From Thermoleophilia bacterium (lineage in GTDB: Bacteria > Actinomycetota > Thermoleophilia > BMS3ABIN01), in assembly GCA_014874175.1 (NCBI GenBank), contig JACWAD010000024.1, positions 1-55,015 of the forward strand: a DNA stretch of 55,015 bases, in the 5' to 3' direction. Positions 20,917 through 30,987 of the stretch are shown in pieces. Numbering within the stretch: the stretch's first letter is position 1; every line of letters starts with the position of its first letter. Both the position numbers and the translations under genes were made by a program. The notes under the pieces are model-generated. The model was not told the DNA's origin, did not search any database, and saw only the letters and a program-made list of their open reading frames with translations.

Positions 20917-21297
20917 ATGTCCAAACACGGTTTTAACTTTTCGTCCTACCAAGGGGACTCCCCGCCTCAGTTTGCCAACCGCAGCGAGGAGGAATGCGCC
21001 CGCATTCTTGATTACTACCGTATTCCCTGGATGTACGAGCCCCGAACTTTTGTCCTGGAGCGCGACGACAAGGGGAATGTGATCGAAGCCTTCACGCCGG
21101 ATTTTTACCTGCCTGAGCAGGACCTGTTTGTGGAGCTTACAACCATGAAACAGGCGCACGTGACGAAAAAAAACATGAAAATCCGCAAGATTAGGGAAAA
21201 GTTCCCGGAAATAAACATCAAGCTTTTTTACAAGAAGGATTTTCTTAAGCTGGCGCAGAAGTTTGATATTGCGGCCGGGGACGAACACGGGAAGTAA
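20917..21297 (+). CDS. Small PD-(D/E)xK nuclease-fold protein, probably leaderless
   Basis: SEEE.AR.LD...W.YEP..F...FTPDFYLP..DLFVELT; TGaTATAGT ends 8 nt before the ATG. Confidence 0.7.
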   Translation: MSKHGFNFSSYQGDSPPQFANRSEEECARILDYYRIPWMYEPRTFVLERDDKGNVIEAFTPDFYLPEQDLFVELTTMKQAHVTKKNMKIRKIREKFPEINIKLFYKKDFLKLAQKFDIAAGDEHGK

Positions 21298-21389
21298 AAG
21301 CCTTTTTGGCAATCCGGTCAGGGCTGGGCAATGTCGGCCGCAGCAGAATGTGCCTACTCGGGATAGGTCCTGAGCGCAAAGACTGCAGT

Positions 21390-21938
21390 TTGGCAGAGCC
21401 AGCCGACATCCGCCACCTGATTGGGGCCACCTATCTGGAGGATGATGCGATCGCCGAGCGGGTGCGGCAGATTGGCCGCCAGATTTCCCTGGACTACCGG
21501 GGCCGCCAACTGCTCCTGATCTCCATTCTCAAGGGGGCCGTTTTTTTTCTGGCCGATCTCGCCCGCGAGATCACGGTGCCTGTCTCACTTGACTTTATCG
21601 CCATTTCCAGCTACCGGCAGGACCGCCGCGCAGGCGGCGCTCATACAGTCCGTTTCCTCAAGGACCTTGACCATGACATCGAGGGCAGGGACGTTCTCAT
21701 AGTTGAGGATGTAATCGACACCGGGCTCACGCTTAACTACATTACCGGTAACCTGCAATTAAGACAACCGGCCTCGCTGGAGATTGCCACTTTGCTGGAC
21801 CGCCCCTACAGGCGCCTGGTGGATTTGCCCGTCAGGTACCAGGGATTCCAGGTGCCGGACGAGTTTTTCGCCGGCTACGGCTTTGATTACAAGCAGATGC
21901 TGCGCAACCTGCCCCGGATTGTGCGGCTCCATATATAG
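21390..21938 (+). CDS. hpt: Hypoxanthine phosphoribosyltransferase (start uncertain, 21306-21390)
   Basis: ILKGA..FLADL, SSY loop, VEDVIDTGLTL PRPP motif and GYGFDY...RNLP. Confidence 0.9.
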   Translation: MAEPADIRHLIGATYLEDDAIAERVRQIGRQISLDYRGRQLLLISILKGAVFFLADLAREITVPVSLDFIAISSYRQDRRAGGAHTVRFLKDLDHDIEGRDVLIVEDVIDTGLTLNYITGNLQLRQPASLEIATLLDRPYRRLVDLPVRYQGFQVPDEFFAGYGFDYKQMLRNLPRIVRLHI

Positions 21939-22002
21939 GGACTGGCACGAAAGCAGTTCTGCTGCGTGCAAGGGACTTTAAAGATGGCATCCCGCATCCG
22001 GC

Positions 22003-22548
22003 TCAACTCAGGATTTTGCCGATCAGTTGATCGAACAGGGACGGCGTCATCGGGCCGACGTAAAAAGTGACAATATCTCCCTTTTTGTTAATAAAAAAGG
22101 TTGTGGGGATACCGTTGTAAGGAACCTTTCCTGCCTGCTGGTAGTCATTCAGGACGCGGCTGTCGCCGTCGAGGCCGACGGGATACGTGAGTCCGTATTT
22201 CTTGGCAAACGCCCGCTGGTTATCCGGCTGATCCTGGACAGCCATTCCCAAAAAGCTGACCCTGTCTTTGTATTTTGCGTACATCTGCGCCAGCATGGGT
22301 GCTTCCTGTTTGCAGGGACCGCACCAGGAGGCGCCAAAATTAATCATGATTGGCTTGCCTTCGCTTTTGACGTCATCGAGGGAGATCATGGGGCCCATGA
22401 TTGTCTGAACGTTAAAATCAGGGGCCGCGTTGACGTCGGCGGTGGCGGCCGTGGAGGTGGTGGAGGTGGTGGAGCCGCAGCCTGCCGCGATCAGGGCGGC
22501 AAAAAGAAATCCCAGGGACAGCAGTATCAATCGTATCCGGAAGTTCAT
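22003..22548 (-). CDS. TlpA/ResA-like thiol-disulfide oxidoreductase lipoprotein
   Basis: Lipobox AAGC, Thr-rich linker, NFGASWCGPC and the cis-Pro GIPT motif. Confidence 0.9.
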   Translation of the reverse strand: MNFRIRLILLSLGFLFAALIAAGCGSTTSTTSTAATADVNAAPDFNVQTIMGPMISLDDVKSEGKPIMINFGASWCGPCKQEAPMLAQMYAKYKDRVSFLGMAVQDQPDNQRAFAKKYGLTYPVGLDGDSRVLNDYQQAGKVPYNGIPTTFFINKKGDIVTFYVGPMTPSLFDQLIGKILS

Positions 22549-22561
22549 ATCAAGCTTGCCT

Positions 22562-22579
22562 GCCCGGCGCCCGCCGGGC
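22562..22579 (-). promoter_or_regulatory. Putative bacterial SECIS hairpin
   Basis: GCCCGGC-GGGC-GCCGGGC begins 9 nt after the in-frame UGA. Confidence 0.65.
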
Positions 22580-22801
22580 TTACATACCTCAGCTGCCGCC
22601 AAAGCCGACTGTGACTTTTCCGCCTTCAACAATCACCGGCACAAAGGCGGTGCCGGCCCTGGAAATTGCTTCTTCCTTGACGGCAGGGTCAGACGTTACA
22701 TCATGTTCCGTGAACTTGACTCCCCGGCGAGTGAAGTCTTCCTTGGCTGCGGCGCAGTAAGGGCATCCCGGTTTGGTATAAATGATGACTTCATCTGACA
22801 T
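22580..22801 (-). CDS. Uxx-star family glutaredoxin-like selenoprotein (Sec at UGA 22591-22589)
   Basis: CPYC glutaredoxin fold; ends GFGGS-TGA-GGT-ATG-TAA, i.e. U-G-M-stop; RBS AAGGAGG. Confidence 0.85.
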
Positions 22802-22967
22802 CAGAGTGCCTCCTTACCTTTAAACACACATTTTAACACAGTGGCGGCAGCAGTGATTTTTTACGGCCTGCCCCGCTCGTTTGCTTTTTAAAATCTCCTT
22901 GTTGAATAATAGACGGGCGCTGGCCTGCCCGGCGCGGGACAACCTGATTACCGGGGGAGGAGTGCGG

Positions 22968-23732
22968 ATGAGCGAGCGGACGCCGGTCATTGCCGGCAAC
23001 TGGAAGATGTTTAAGACCAACACCGAGGCGGCAGCCTACGTGGCCGAATTCCTGGCGCTGGTGGTGGATGCCGGTCCGGTCGAGATTGTCCTTTGCCCTC
23101 CGTTCACCTGCCTGGAGGCGGTCAGGCGCGAGCTGGCCGACGGCCGGGTGCGGGTTGCCGCCCAAAACATGCATTTTGAAGCCGAAGGGGCCTACACAGG
23201 CGAGGTTTCTGCCCCCATGCTCAAGGAAATAGGAGTCACCGACGTCGTACTGGGCCACTCCGAGCGCCGCCAGTACTTTTGCGAGAATGACGCCGACCTT
23301 GCCAGGAAAACAAGCACCGCTCTGGCGGCGGGCATCCGGCCAATCCTGTGTGTGGGCGAGTCGGACCGGGAGCGGGAAGCCGGCGGTACCAACGACAAGC
23401 TTAAAGGCCAGCTGGAGGGGGGGCTGGCCGGCATAAGCGCCGATCAGCTGCCGGAGATGCTGATCGCCTACGAGCCGATCTGGGCCATCGGCACCGGCAA
23501 GACGGCAACGCCAGAGATTGCGGAAGAGACAATCGCCTTTATCCGCGGCGCCCTGGCGGGCCAGTTCGGCCCGCAGGCCGCCCGCCGGGTGAGAATTCTT
23601 TACGGAGGCAGCGTCAACCCCGGCAACATTGGCGAGCTGATGAAGGCGGAAAATATCGATGGCGCCCTGGTCGGCGGCGCCAGCCTTGACGCGGCCGGCT
23701 TTGCCCGGATAATCAGGTTTAAAGAGGCCTAG
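22968..23732 (+). CDS. tpiA: Triosephosphate isomerase
   Basis: AGNWKM, GHSERR, AYEPIWAIGTG and YGGSV motifs; RBS GGAGGAG. Confidence 0.98.
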   Translation: MSERTPVIAGNWKMFKTNTEAAAYVAEFLALVVDAGPVEIVLCPPFTCLEAVRRELADGRVRVAAQNMHFEAEGAYTGEVSAPMLKEIGVTDVVLGHSERRQYFCENDADLARKTSTALAAGIRPILCVGESDREREAGGTNDKLKGQLEGGLAGISADQLPEMLIAYEPIWAIGTGKTATPEIAEETIAFIRGALAGQFGPQAARRVRILYGGSVNPGNIGELMKAENIDGALVGGASLDAAGFARIIRFKEA

Positions 23733-23739
23733 CCCGGTT

Positions 23740-25311
23740 TTGGCGTCCGCGCGCGCATTTTCGCCCGTCCCCGGGGGATCAGCTCCCCACCCGGCTTTCG
23801 TCTGTCTGATTATCCTGGACGGCTGGGGCATCGCTCCGCCGGGGCCCGGCAATGCTGTCAGGCTGGCAAGGACTCCCAATCTGGACTTTCTCTTCGATCG
23901 GTTTCCGCATGCAGTGCTGGAAGCTTCAGGTGAGGCGGTGGGCCTGCCGTCCGGTCAGATGGGAAACTCGGAGGTGGGGCATCTCAACCTTGGCGCCGGG
24001 CGCGTAGTGATGCAGGACCTGACCCGCATCAACATGGCCATCAGGGACGGCTCTTTCTTTGAGAACCGTGAGCTGGCGGCGGCATTTGACCGCGCGCGGG
24101 AAAAAGGCGCTGCCGCGCACCTGCTCGGATTGCTTTCTGATGGCGGCGTCCATAGCGAGCTGGATCACCTGAAAGCGTTGGTGAGCATGGCCCGCCGCCA
24201 CGGTTCGGACAACCTGGTTCTGCACTTGTTCCTGGATGGCCGCGACGTGCCGCCCCGGTGCGGAATCGGTTATATCAAGGACATTAATGCTTTCATGAAG
24301 AAGGAAGGCTGCGGCCGCATCGGCACAATTTCGGGCCGCTATTACGGCATGGACCGCGACCGGCGCTGGGACAGGGTCGGGCTTGCCTACGAGGCCATCG
24401 TCCAGGGCCGGGGCCCATATGAGCCCGACCCGGTGAGGCTGGTGGAAAAATCTTACGCCGCCGGCGTCACGGACGAGTTTGTCCTGCCGACTGTTGTTGA
24501 CAGGCATGGGAAAATTGATAGCCTGGACAGCGTCATCTTCTTTAACTTCCGACCGGACCGCTCCCGTGAGCTCTCGCGGGCGCTTATCTTCGCCGATTTT
24601 CAGGAATTTGACCGGGGGCCGTCGCCGCCGCTTCCTTATTTTGTCAGCATGACCGAGTACGACGCCAGTTTCACGGCGCCGGTTGCCTTTCCGCCCCAGG
24701 AGCTAAGAAATGTGCTCGCGGCCGTTCTTTCACATTCTGGAAAGACCCAGCTTCATATTGCCGAGACGGAAAAATATGCCCATGTTACCTTCTTTTTCAA
24801 TGGCGGCGTCGAGCCGCCTTACCCCGGGGAGGCGCGCAGGCTCATCCCCTCGCCTGCAGACGTTCCCACCTACGACAAAAAACCGACGATGAGCGCCGCC
24901 AAAGTCACCGCCGAGCTGGTCAGGCTGATTGACGGGGAACATTTTGATTTCATTGTCCTTAACTACGCCAATTGCGATATGGTTGGCCATACCGGCATGC
25001 TGGACGCCGCCATCCAGGCGGTGGAAGCGGTGGACCGGTGCGTAGGCAGGGCCTGGCGCAAGGTCCAGAGCCTGGGGGGCGTCTGCCTTATTACGGCCGA
25101 CCACGGCAATGCAGAGAAGATGACCGGCCCGGATGGAGGCCCGAACACCGCCCACACAACGGACAGGGTTCCTCTAATAATCACCTTCCAGGGAGAGGTC
25201 AGGGACGGCGCCCTTTGCGACGTTGCCCCCACCGTGCTTGAGTTTCTTAAAATTCCGGCTCCCGCCGAGATGACCGGAATTTCCCTGATCCAACGCGGGA
25301 GGATTATTTAA
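23740..25311 (+). CDS. gpmI: 2,3-bisphosphoglycerate-independent phosphoglycerate mutase
   Basis: LDGWG, GQMGNSEVGH, AETEKYAHVT, DMVGHTG and TADHGN motifs. Confidence 0.97.
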   Translation: MASARAFSPVPGGSAPHPAFVCLIILDGWGIAPPGPGNAVRLARTPNLDFLFDRFPHAVLEASGEAVGLPSGQMGNSEVGHLNLGAGRVVMQDLTRINMAIRDGSFFENRELAAAFDRAREKGAAAHLLGLLSDGGVHSELDHLKALVSMARRHGSDNLVLHLFLDGRDVPPRCGIGYIKDINAFMKKEGCGRIGTISGRYYGMDRDRRWDRVGLAYEAIVQGRGPYEPDPVRLVEKSYAAGVTDEFVLPTVVDRHGKIDSLDSVIFFNFRPDRSRELSRALIFADFQEFDRGPSPPLPYFVSMTEYDASFTAPVAFPPQELRNVLAAVLSHSGKTQLHIAETEKYAHVTFFFNGGVEPPYPGEARRLIPSPADVPTYDKKPTMSAAKVTAELVRLIDGEHFDFIVLNYANCDMVGHTGMLDAAIQAVEAVDRCVGRAWRKVQSLGGVCLITADHGNAEKMTGPDGGPNTAHTTDRVPLIITFQGEVRDGALCDVAPTVLEFLKIPAPAEMTGISLIQRGRII

Positions 25312-25431
25312 AAAGGCTGCGTTCCAAAGGGGTTCCTTTGAGGCGTTTGCCTTGCGGTTGCGCCCCGGGGCCGCTATCATCTTGGTATTGTTTTGCAAAG
25401 TTTTAGATGAATTGAGATTAACCAGGCAAAA

Positions 25432-25656
25432 ATGCTGTACGTGATTTTGGCAATTCATTCTGTCCTTGCGGTGACGCTGGTGGTTCTGATCCTGCTGCAC
25501 TCCGGCAAGGGCGGGGTTTCGGGCATCTTTGGCGGCGGCATGAGCGAGACGTTCAGCGGCACCAGCGTAATCGAGAAAAACCTGACCCGCGCCACCGCCG
25601 CGGTCGGCGTCGCATTTTTCATCACCACGACCCTGCTGGTTTTCGTCTTCAAATAA
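25432..25656 (+). CDS. secG: Preprotein translocase subunit SecG
   Basis: ILLHSGKGGG-like loop and EKNLTR.T; follows tpiA-gpmI. Confidence 0.92.
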   Translation: MLYVILAIHSVLAVTLVVLILLHSGKGGVSGIFGGGMSETFSGTSVIEKNLTRATAAVGVAFFITTTLLVFVFK

Positions 25657-25728
25657 CACCCGGACGCCGCCCCCGGCGCTTCGCCTGACACAGCTTTTTC
25701 GGCTCCTCTCCCTGTCGGGATCTAAAAC

Positions 25729-25948
25729 AGATCCTTCGGCGCTCTTCGAGCGCCTCAGAACCTGCACCGGGCAAAACGATGTGGTCACAGTGCTTGACAA
25801 ATAACAAATGATCGCTATCGTTTTTTAAACTTTAACTTTGAACTCGTGATCATCAAATGACTCAGGTAACCGTCATCCTGAGGCGAAGCCGAAGGAACTC
25901 GGGTTTTAAAACCCAGATTCTTCGTCGCCTTTGGCTCTTCAGAATGAC
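25729..25948. repeat. REP-like elements: half copy 25729-25763 and full copy 25871-25948
   Basis: cgtcatcctgaggcgaagccgaagga...agattcttcg...cagaatgac. Confidence 0.75.
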
Positions 25949-26043
25949 AAATCGTTGTTCATTATGAGCGAACTGGACGATCAGTTTGAACTTTGAACTT
26001 GTCACTATCAACTTGGGATCGTTAGCCGAAAGCGGGCTCGTTT

Positions 26044-26916
26044 TTGGCAGGGAGGTCGGTTTTGAACATTGACGGCAAGACAAAGCTGGTGGGTATCCTT
26101 GGCGATCCTGTTTCACACTCTTTATCTCCCCGGATGCAGAATGCAGCCTTTGCGGCTGCGGGCCTGAATTTTTGTTACGTGCCGCTATCGGTTAGCCACA
26201 AGGAGCTGCCGGCGGCGATCGAAGGATTGAGGGCGATGCGGTTCAGGGGGGCCAATGTCACCATTCCCCACAAGGTGGCTGCGGCCAAGCTGCTTGACTG
26301 CCTGGATGAATCTGCCGCCAGAACCGGCGCCGTAAACACCATTGTGAGCAGCGGCGGCGGGCTCACCGGCCATAACACCGACGGCGCCGGCTTTATCAGC
26401 GCCCTCACCGAAGCAACGAAGTTGGATTTTCGGCGCGCCCCGGCGGTTATCTTTGGCGCCGGCGGAGCTGCCCGCTCCGTGGCGGTGGCCCTGGCGGAGA
26501 AAGGCGTGCCTCGGATCGCCATTATCAACAGGACAATGGAAAAGGCCAGTGACTTAAAGGCGCTCCTGATGCTGGAGTTTCCGCAGGTCGAGGCATTTGC
26601 CATTGGTTTTAAGGAAGATTGTGCTGATCTGATTTTTTCCAGCAAGCTGCTGATCAACGCCACTTCCCTGGGCATGGACGGCGACCTAAAGCGCTTTCCC
26701 ATGGCCGTCGATAAATTAACGGAAGACCATATCGTCTGCGACCTGGTTTACCGCGGCGCCAAAGAGACGCCGCTGCTGGCCGCGGCGAGAGAAAAAGGGG
26801 CAACCTCGATGGGCGGACTCGCGATGCTTCTTCACCAGGGAGCAGCTTCGTTTAAACTCTGGACCGGCGCCGAGCCCCCCACTGAAATCATGAGGAGCGC
26901 GCTTGAATCCAAGTGA
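26044..26916 (+). CDS. aroE: Shikimate dehydrogenase
   Basis: HSLSP.MQN, NVTIPHK, GAVNT, NTDG, GAGGAA and NRT motifs. Confidence 0.95.
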   Translation: MAGRSVLNIDGKTKLVGILGDPVSHSLSPRMQNAAFAAAGLNFCYVPLSVSHKELPAAIEGLRAMRFRGANVTIPHKVAAAKLLDCLDESAARTGAVNTIVSSGGGLTGHNTDGAGFISALTEATKLDFRRAPAVIFGAGGAARSVAVALAEKGVPRIAIINRTMEKASDLKALLMLEFPQVEAFAIGFKEDCADLIFSSKLLINATSLGMDGDLKRFPMAVDKLTEDHIVCDLVYRGAKETPLLAAAREKGATSMGGLAMLLHQGAASFKLWTGAEPPTEIMRSALESK

Positions 26917-28624
26917 ACTAAAAGCGAAAGCATCCGGCAGCAACCGCCAGCTTCAGCCGATCGGGGAAATCCTGGTCAGCAAGGGGATGATTACGCGCGA
27001 GCAGCTGGACCAGTGCCTTGGGAAGCAAAAAGGCAGCTCCAAGCGGCTTGGCGAAATCCTGGTTCAGGACGGCATCCTGACCCAGGACCAGTTGAACCAG
27101 GCCCTGGCGGAGTACCTGGGAGTGGAGCACATCGGCCTGGCCGAGTGCCAGATCGACACCCTGGCGGCCAACATGGTGCCGGAGAAGCTGGCCTGCCGCT
27201 ACGGCGCCATTCCCACCAAGTTCCTGGATGAGAATACGCTCCAGGTGGCGATGGTGGACCCGACCAACGTGTTTGCCATCGACGACCTGCGCATGATCAC
27301 TGGATACGACATCAGGCCGGCCATTGCCTCGGCGGAAGATGTTTTTGGCCTGATCACGAAGATGCACCGCTTGGGCGACACGGTGGATGAGGAGCTGGCC
27401 GAGGAGGAAGAGGATTTTCTTGCCGAAGCACCGGTGTCAGGCGACATCCGCGACGCTGCCGCCGAGGCGCCGATTGTCAAGCTTGTCAACGGCGTCATCA
27501 GCCAGGGCGTCGATGACGGCGCCAGCGATATTCATTACGAGCCCCAGGAGAAAGAGCTGGTGATCCGGTTTCGCATTGACGGGGTTCTCCATGAGATCAT
27601 GTCCGTCCCCAAGCGGATGCAGGCCGGCGTGCTTTCCCGCATCAAGGTGATGGCCGACATGGATATCGCCGAGCGGCGCATCCCCCAGGATGGCCGCATT
27701 GGGCTCACCGTGGGCGGCAAGCCGATTGATATGCGCGTCGCCTCCATGCCGACTGTCTACGGGGAGAAGATCGTGATGCGCCTGCTTGATAAAAGCAGCG
27801 TCCTGCTGGGTCTGGCGGACCTTGGCTTTTCTGAGAAGGCCCTGACCCGGTTCGAAAAGGCCTACCGCAAGCCCTACGGGGCCCTGCTGGTGACCGGCCC
27901 CACCGGCAGCGGCAAGTCCACCACCCTTTACGCAACTCTGAACGTGCTCAACTCCCGGGAAAAGAACATCATCACGGTCGAGGATCCGGTTGAGTACCGC
28001 CTGGCTGGAATCAACCAGGTGCAGATCAATCCCAAGGCCGGCCTGACGTTTACTTCCGGACTGCGCTCAATTCTAAGGTCGGACCCGGACATTGTCATGG
28101 TGGGCGAAATCCGCGACAAGGAGACGGCCCAGATTGCCATCGAATCGGCGCTCACCGGCCACCTGGTGCTCAGCACCCTGCACACCAATGACGCCCCCGG
28201 GGCTCTTACCCGCCTCTCGGAGATGGGGGTCGAGCCCTTCCTGACGGCGTCGACAATCGAATGCGTGCTGGCCCAGCGCTTGGCGCGCCGCCTCTGTCAT
28301 CACTGCCGCAAGCCTTTTCAGCCTTCCGACGAGGCGCTCAAGCAGAACGGGTTTCCCGAGGAAGTGCTGGGTCAGGGCGTCACCATCTACCGTGCAGGCG
28401 GCTGCCCGCGCTGCAACAATACCGGCTACAAGGGGCGGCTGGGCATCTACGAGGTGATGCTGGTAAGCGAGGCGATCGAGCGGTTAACCATTGAGAGAAA
28501 AAGTGCCGATGAAATTTCAAGAGTGGCGCAGGCGGAAGGCATGGTCAGCCTGCGCGAGGACGGAATTCAGAAAGTGCTTGCCGGCCTGACTTCAGTCGAG
28601 GAGATCGGCCGGGTTATAGTATAA
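26903..28624 (+). CDS. pilB: Type IV pilus assembly ATPase with an N-terminal MshEN domain
   Basis: PIGEIL...RLGEIL tandem motif; ASDIH, GPTGSGKST, DPDIVMVGEIRD and a tetra-Cys zinc motif. Confidence 0.95.
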   Translation: MNPSELKAKASGSNRQLQPIGEILVSKGMITREQLDQCLGKQKGSSKRLGEILVQDGILTQDQLNQALAEYLGVEHIGLAECQIDTLAANMVPEKLACRYGAIPTKFLDENTLQVAMVDPTNVFAIDDLRMITGYDIRPAIASAEDVFGLITKMHRLGDTVDEELAEEEEDFLAEAPVSGDIRDAAAEAPIVKLVNGVISQGVDDGASDIHYEPQEKELVIRFRIDGVLHEIMSVPKRMQAGVLSRIKVMADMDIAERRIPQDGRIGLTVGGKPIDMRVASMPTVYGEKIVMRLLDKSSVLLGLADLGFSEKALTRFEKAYRKPYGALLVTGPTGSGKSTTLYATLNVLNSREKNIITVEDPVEYRLAGINQVQINPKAGLTFTSGLRSILRSDPDIVMVGEIRDKETAQIAIESALTGHLVLSTLHTNDAPGALTRLSEMGVEPFLTASTIECVLAQRLARRLCHHCRKPFQPSDEALKQNGFPEEVLGQGVTIYRAGGCPRCNNTGYKGRLGIYEVMLVSEAIERLTIERKSADEISRVAQAEGMVSLREDGIQKVLAGLTSVEEIGRVIV

Positions 28625-28657
28625 AACTGGCCTTAAGACAACCAAGGGGGCTGACAG

Positions 28658-29725
28658 ATGGATCTGGTCGATATCCTGATGGAAGTGCTGGAGCGGGGCG
28701 CATCTGACCTTCACCTAACCGTGGGGACGCCGCCGGTGGTCAGGGTGGCGGGCAAGCTGATCCGGCTGGACTATCCGCGCCTGTCAGGCAGCGACACCCG
28801 CGACCTCATCTACAGCATTCTTACCCAGGAGCAGCGGCACAGGCTGGAGAATGACTGGGAGATCGATTTTGCCTATTCCGTGCCTGGCAGGGCGCGCTTC
28901 CGTGTCAATACCTACTTTCAGCGCAACAGCATGGGCGCGGCTTTCCGGCTAATCCCGGCTACGATCAAGAGCGTTGGGGAGCTGATGCTGCCGGAGGCCC
29001 TCCATGACATGGCCGCCAAGCCGCGCGGCTTCGTGCTTGTCACCGGCCCCACCGGCTGCGGCAAATCTACGACGCTGGCGGCGCTGATCGATGAGATAAA
29101 CGAGGCGCGCGAAGAGCACATCATGACCATCGAGGACCCGATCGAGTTTCTGCACCGGCACAAGAAATCCATTATAAATCAGCGGGAGGTGGGGACCGAC
29201 ACCCAGTCGTTTGGCCGGGCGCTCAAGTCAGTGTTGAGGCAGGACCCGGATGTCATCCTCGTCGGCGAGATGCGAGACAACGAGACGATCCAGACAGCGC
29301 TGACAGCGGCCGAGACCGGCCACCTTGTCTTCGCCACTCTGCACACGCAGGATACGTCCCAGTCAATCGACCGCATTATTGACGTCTTCCCGCCGCATCA
29401 GCAGGGGCAGATCCGGGTGCAGCTGGCGGCTACGCTGATGGGAATATGCACCCAGCAGTTGCTGGTGACAGTGGACGGCACCAGCCGGGTGCCTGCCTGC
29501 GAGGTCCTGGTTCCCACGCCGGCAGTGCGCAACCTCATCCGTGAAGCCAAGTCGCACCAGATTTATTCCGTCATGCAGACCGGCAGCCAGTACGGCATGC
29601 AGACAATGGACAGCTCCCTGGCCGCGCTGGTCCGGCGTGGCAAGGTCACCAAGGAGCTGGCGCTCAGGCGCTCCAGCACTCCCGATGACCTGGAGAGGCT
29701 GATAGCAGGAAGGATCGCAGCCTAG
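28658..29725 (+). CDS. pilT: Type IV pilus retraction ATPase
   Basis: ASDLHL, GPTGCGKSTT, LRQDPD, AVRNLIRE and GMQTMD motifs. Confidence 0.96.
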   Translation: MDLVDILMEVLERGASDLHLTVGTPPVVRVAGKLIRLDYPRLSGSDTRDLIYSILTQEQRHRLENDWEIDFAYSVPGRARFRVNTYFQRNSMGAAFRLIPATIKSVGELMLPEALHDMAAKPRGFVLVTGPTGCGKSTTLAALIDEINEAREEHIMTIEDPIEFLHRHKKSIINQREVGTDTQSFGRALKSVLRQDPDVILVGEMRDNETIQTALTAAETGHLVFATLHTQDTSQSIDRIIDVFPPHQQGQIRVQLAATLMGICTQQLLVTVDGTSRVPACEVLVPTPAVRNLIREAKSHQIYSVMQTGSQYGMQTMDSSLAALVRRGKVTKELALRRSSTPDDLERLIAGRIAA

Positions 29726-29745
29726 GAACAGAGGAGATAGCAGCG

Positions 29746-30966
29746 ATGTCAACATTTGCCTACAAAGTCCGGGACGTCAGGGGCGTGCTTTACCGGGGAG
29801 AGCTGGAGGCGGACTCCCGCGCCGCCGTGGCTACCAGCCTGCGCGGCCAGGGCCTCACAGTAGTCGAGGTGAGCGAAAAGAAGAAGAGCGGCGCTTCCCT
29901 GAGCGAAGTCCTCAGGGATCTGCGTCCGATAAAGGCGCGGCATATCACCATTTTCTCGCGGCAGTTCGCCACCATGATCAGCTCCGGGCTGGCGCTGCTG
30001 CGGGCGCTTTATATCCTGGAAAACCAGACCCAGAACCCCAAACTGAAGACAATCATCGGCGACGTCAAGAAAGACGTGGAAGGCGGCGCCGCCCTGTCCG
30101 ACTCCATGGAAAAACACCCGCAGGTGTTCGGCCGGCTTTACGTCAGCATGGTGCGGGCCGGAGAGGCCGGCGGCGTCCTGGACGAGACACTTAACCGGGT
30201 GGCTTCACAGCTGGAGTCGGAGGACAACCTGAAACGGACGATCAAGTCGGCGATGGTCTATCCGCTCCTGATCGCGTCTTTCGCCCTTCTTGTCCTGACG
30301 GCGATGGTCCTCTTCATCATTCCTGTCTTTGCCAAAATGTACGATCAGCTGGGCGGGCAGCTGCCGCTGCTTACCCGCCTGATGGTCTGGGTCAGCAACA
30401 CGATGACCAGCATTGGAGGCTTGTTTATTCTGATCGCCCTGGGCGGGGCAGTCTACGGACTGATCAGGCTGAAGAAGACGCCCCAGGGAACGGCCGCCTG
30501 GGACCGGATGAAGCTGCGCCTGCCGATGGGAATTGGCGAGATCGCCCGCAAACTGGCGATGGCCAGGTTCTCGCGCACGCTGGGCACGCTGATCTCAAGT
30601 GGCGTACCCATCCTGCAGGCAGTCGAGATTACCGGCGACACGGCTGGCAACGTAGTTGTTTCAGAGGCAATGGCCGGCGTCAGGGAAAGCATCAAGCAGG
30701 GCCGGCCCATGTCTGAACCGCTCGCAAGCAAGAGCGTATTTCCGCCCATGGTGACGCAGATGATCGCCGTGGGCGAGGAGACCGGCGCCATCGACACCAT
30801 GCTGGGCAAGATTGCAGACTTCTATGAAGAAGAGGTAAATGCCGCTGTCAAGGCGCTAACGTCAATCCTGGAGCCGATCATGATGATCGGCGTGGGCGCC
30901 ATTGTGGGCGTGATCGTCATCTCGCTTTACCTGCCGATATTTGATCTGATGAACATTGTTCACTAG
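29746..30966 (+). CDS. pilC: Type IV pilus platform protein (T2SS F family)
   Basis: FSRQFATM, AGE.GG.L, AMVYP and GEETG motifs; three TM segments. Confidence 0.95.
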   Translation: MSTFAYKVRDVRGVLYRGELEADSRAAVATSLRGQGLTVVEVSEKKKSGASLSEVLRDLRPIKARHITIFSRQFATMISSGLALLRALYILENQTQNPKLKTIIGDVKKDVEGGAALSDSMEKHPQVFGRLYVSMVRAGEAGGVLDETLNRVASQLESEDNLKRTIKSAMVYPLLIASFALLVLTAMVLFIIPVFAKMYDQLGGQLPLLTRLMVWVSNTMTSIGGLFILIALGGAVYGLIRLKKTPQGTAAWDRMKLRLPMGIGEIARKLAMARFSRTLGTLISSGVPILQAVEITGDTAGNVVVSEAMAGVRESIKQGRPMSEPLASKSVFPPMVTQMIAVGEETGAIDTMLGKIADFYEEEVNAAVKALTSILEPIMMIGVGAIVGVIVISLYLPIFDLMNIVH

Positions 30967-30987
30967 CAAGGGCCGCCGAAAGCGGGT

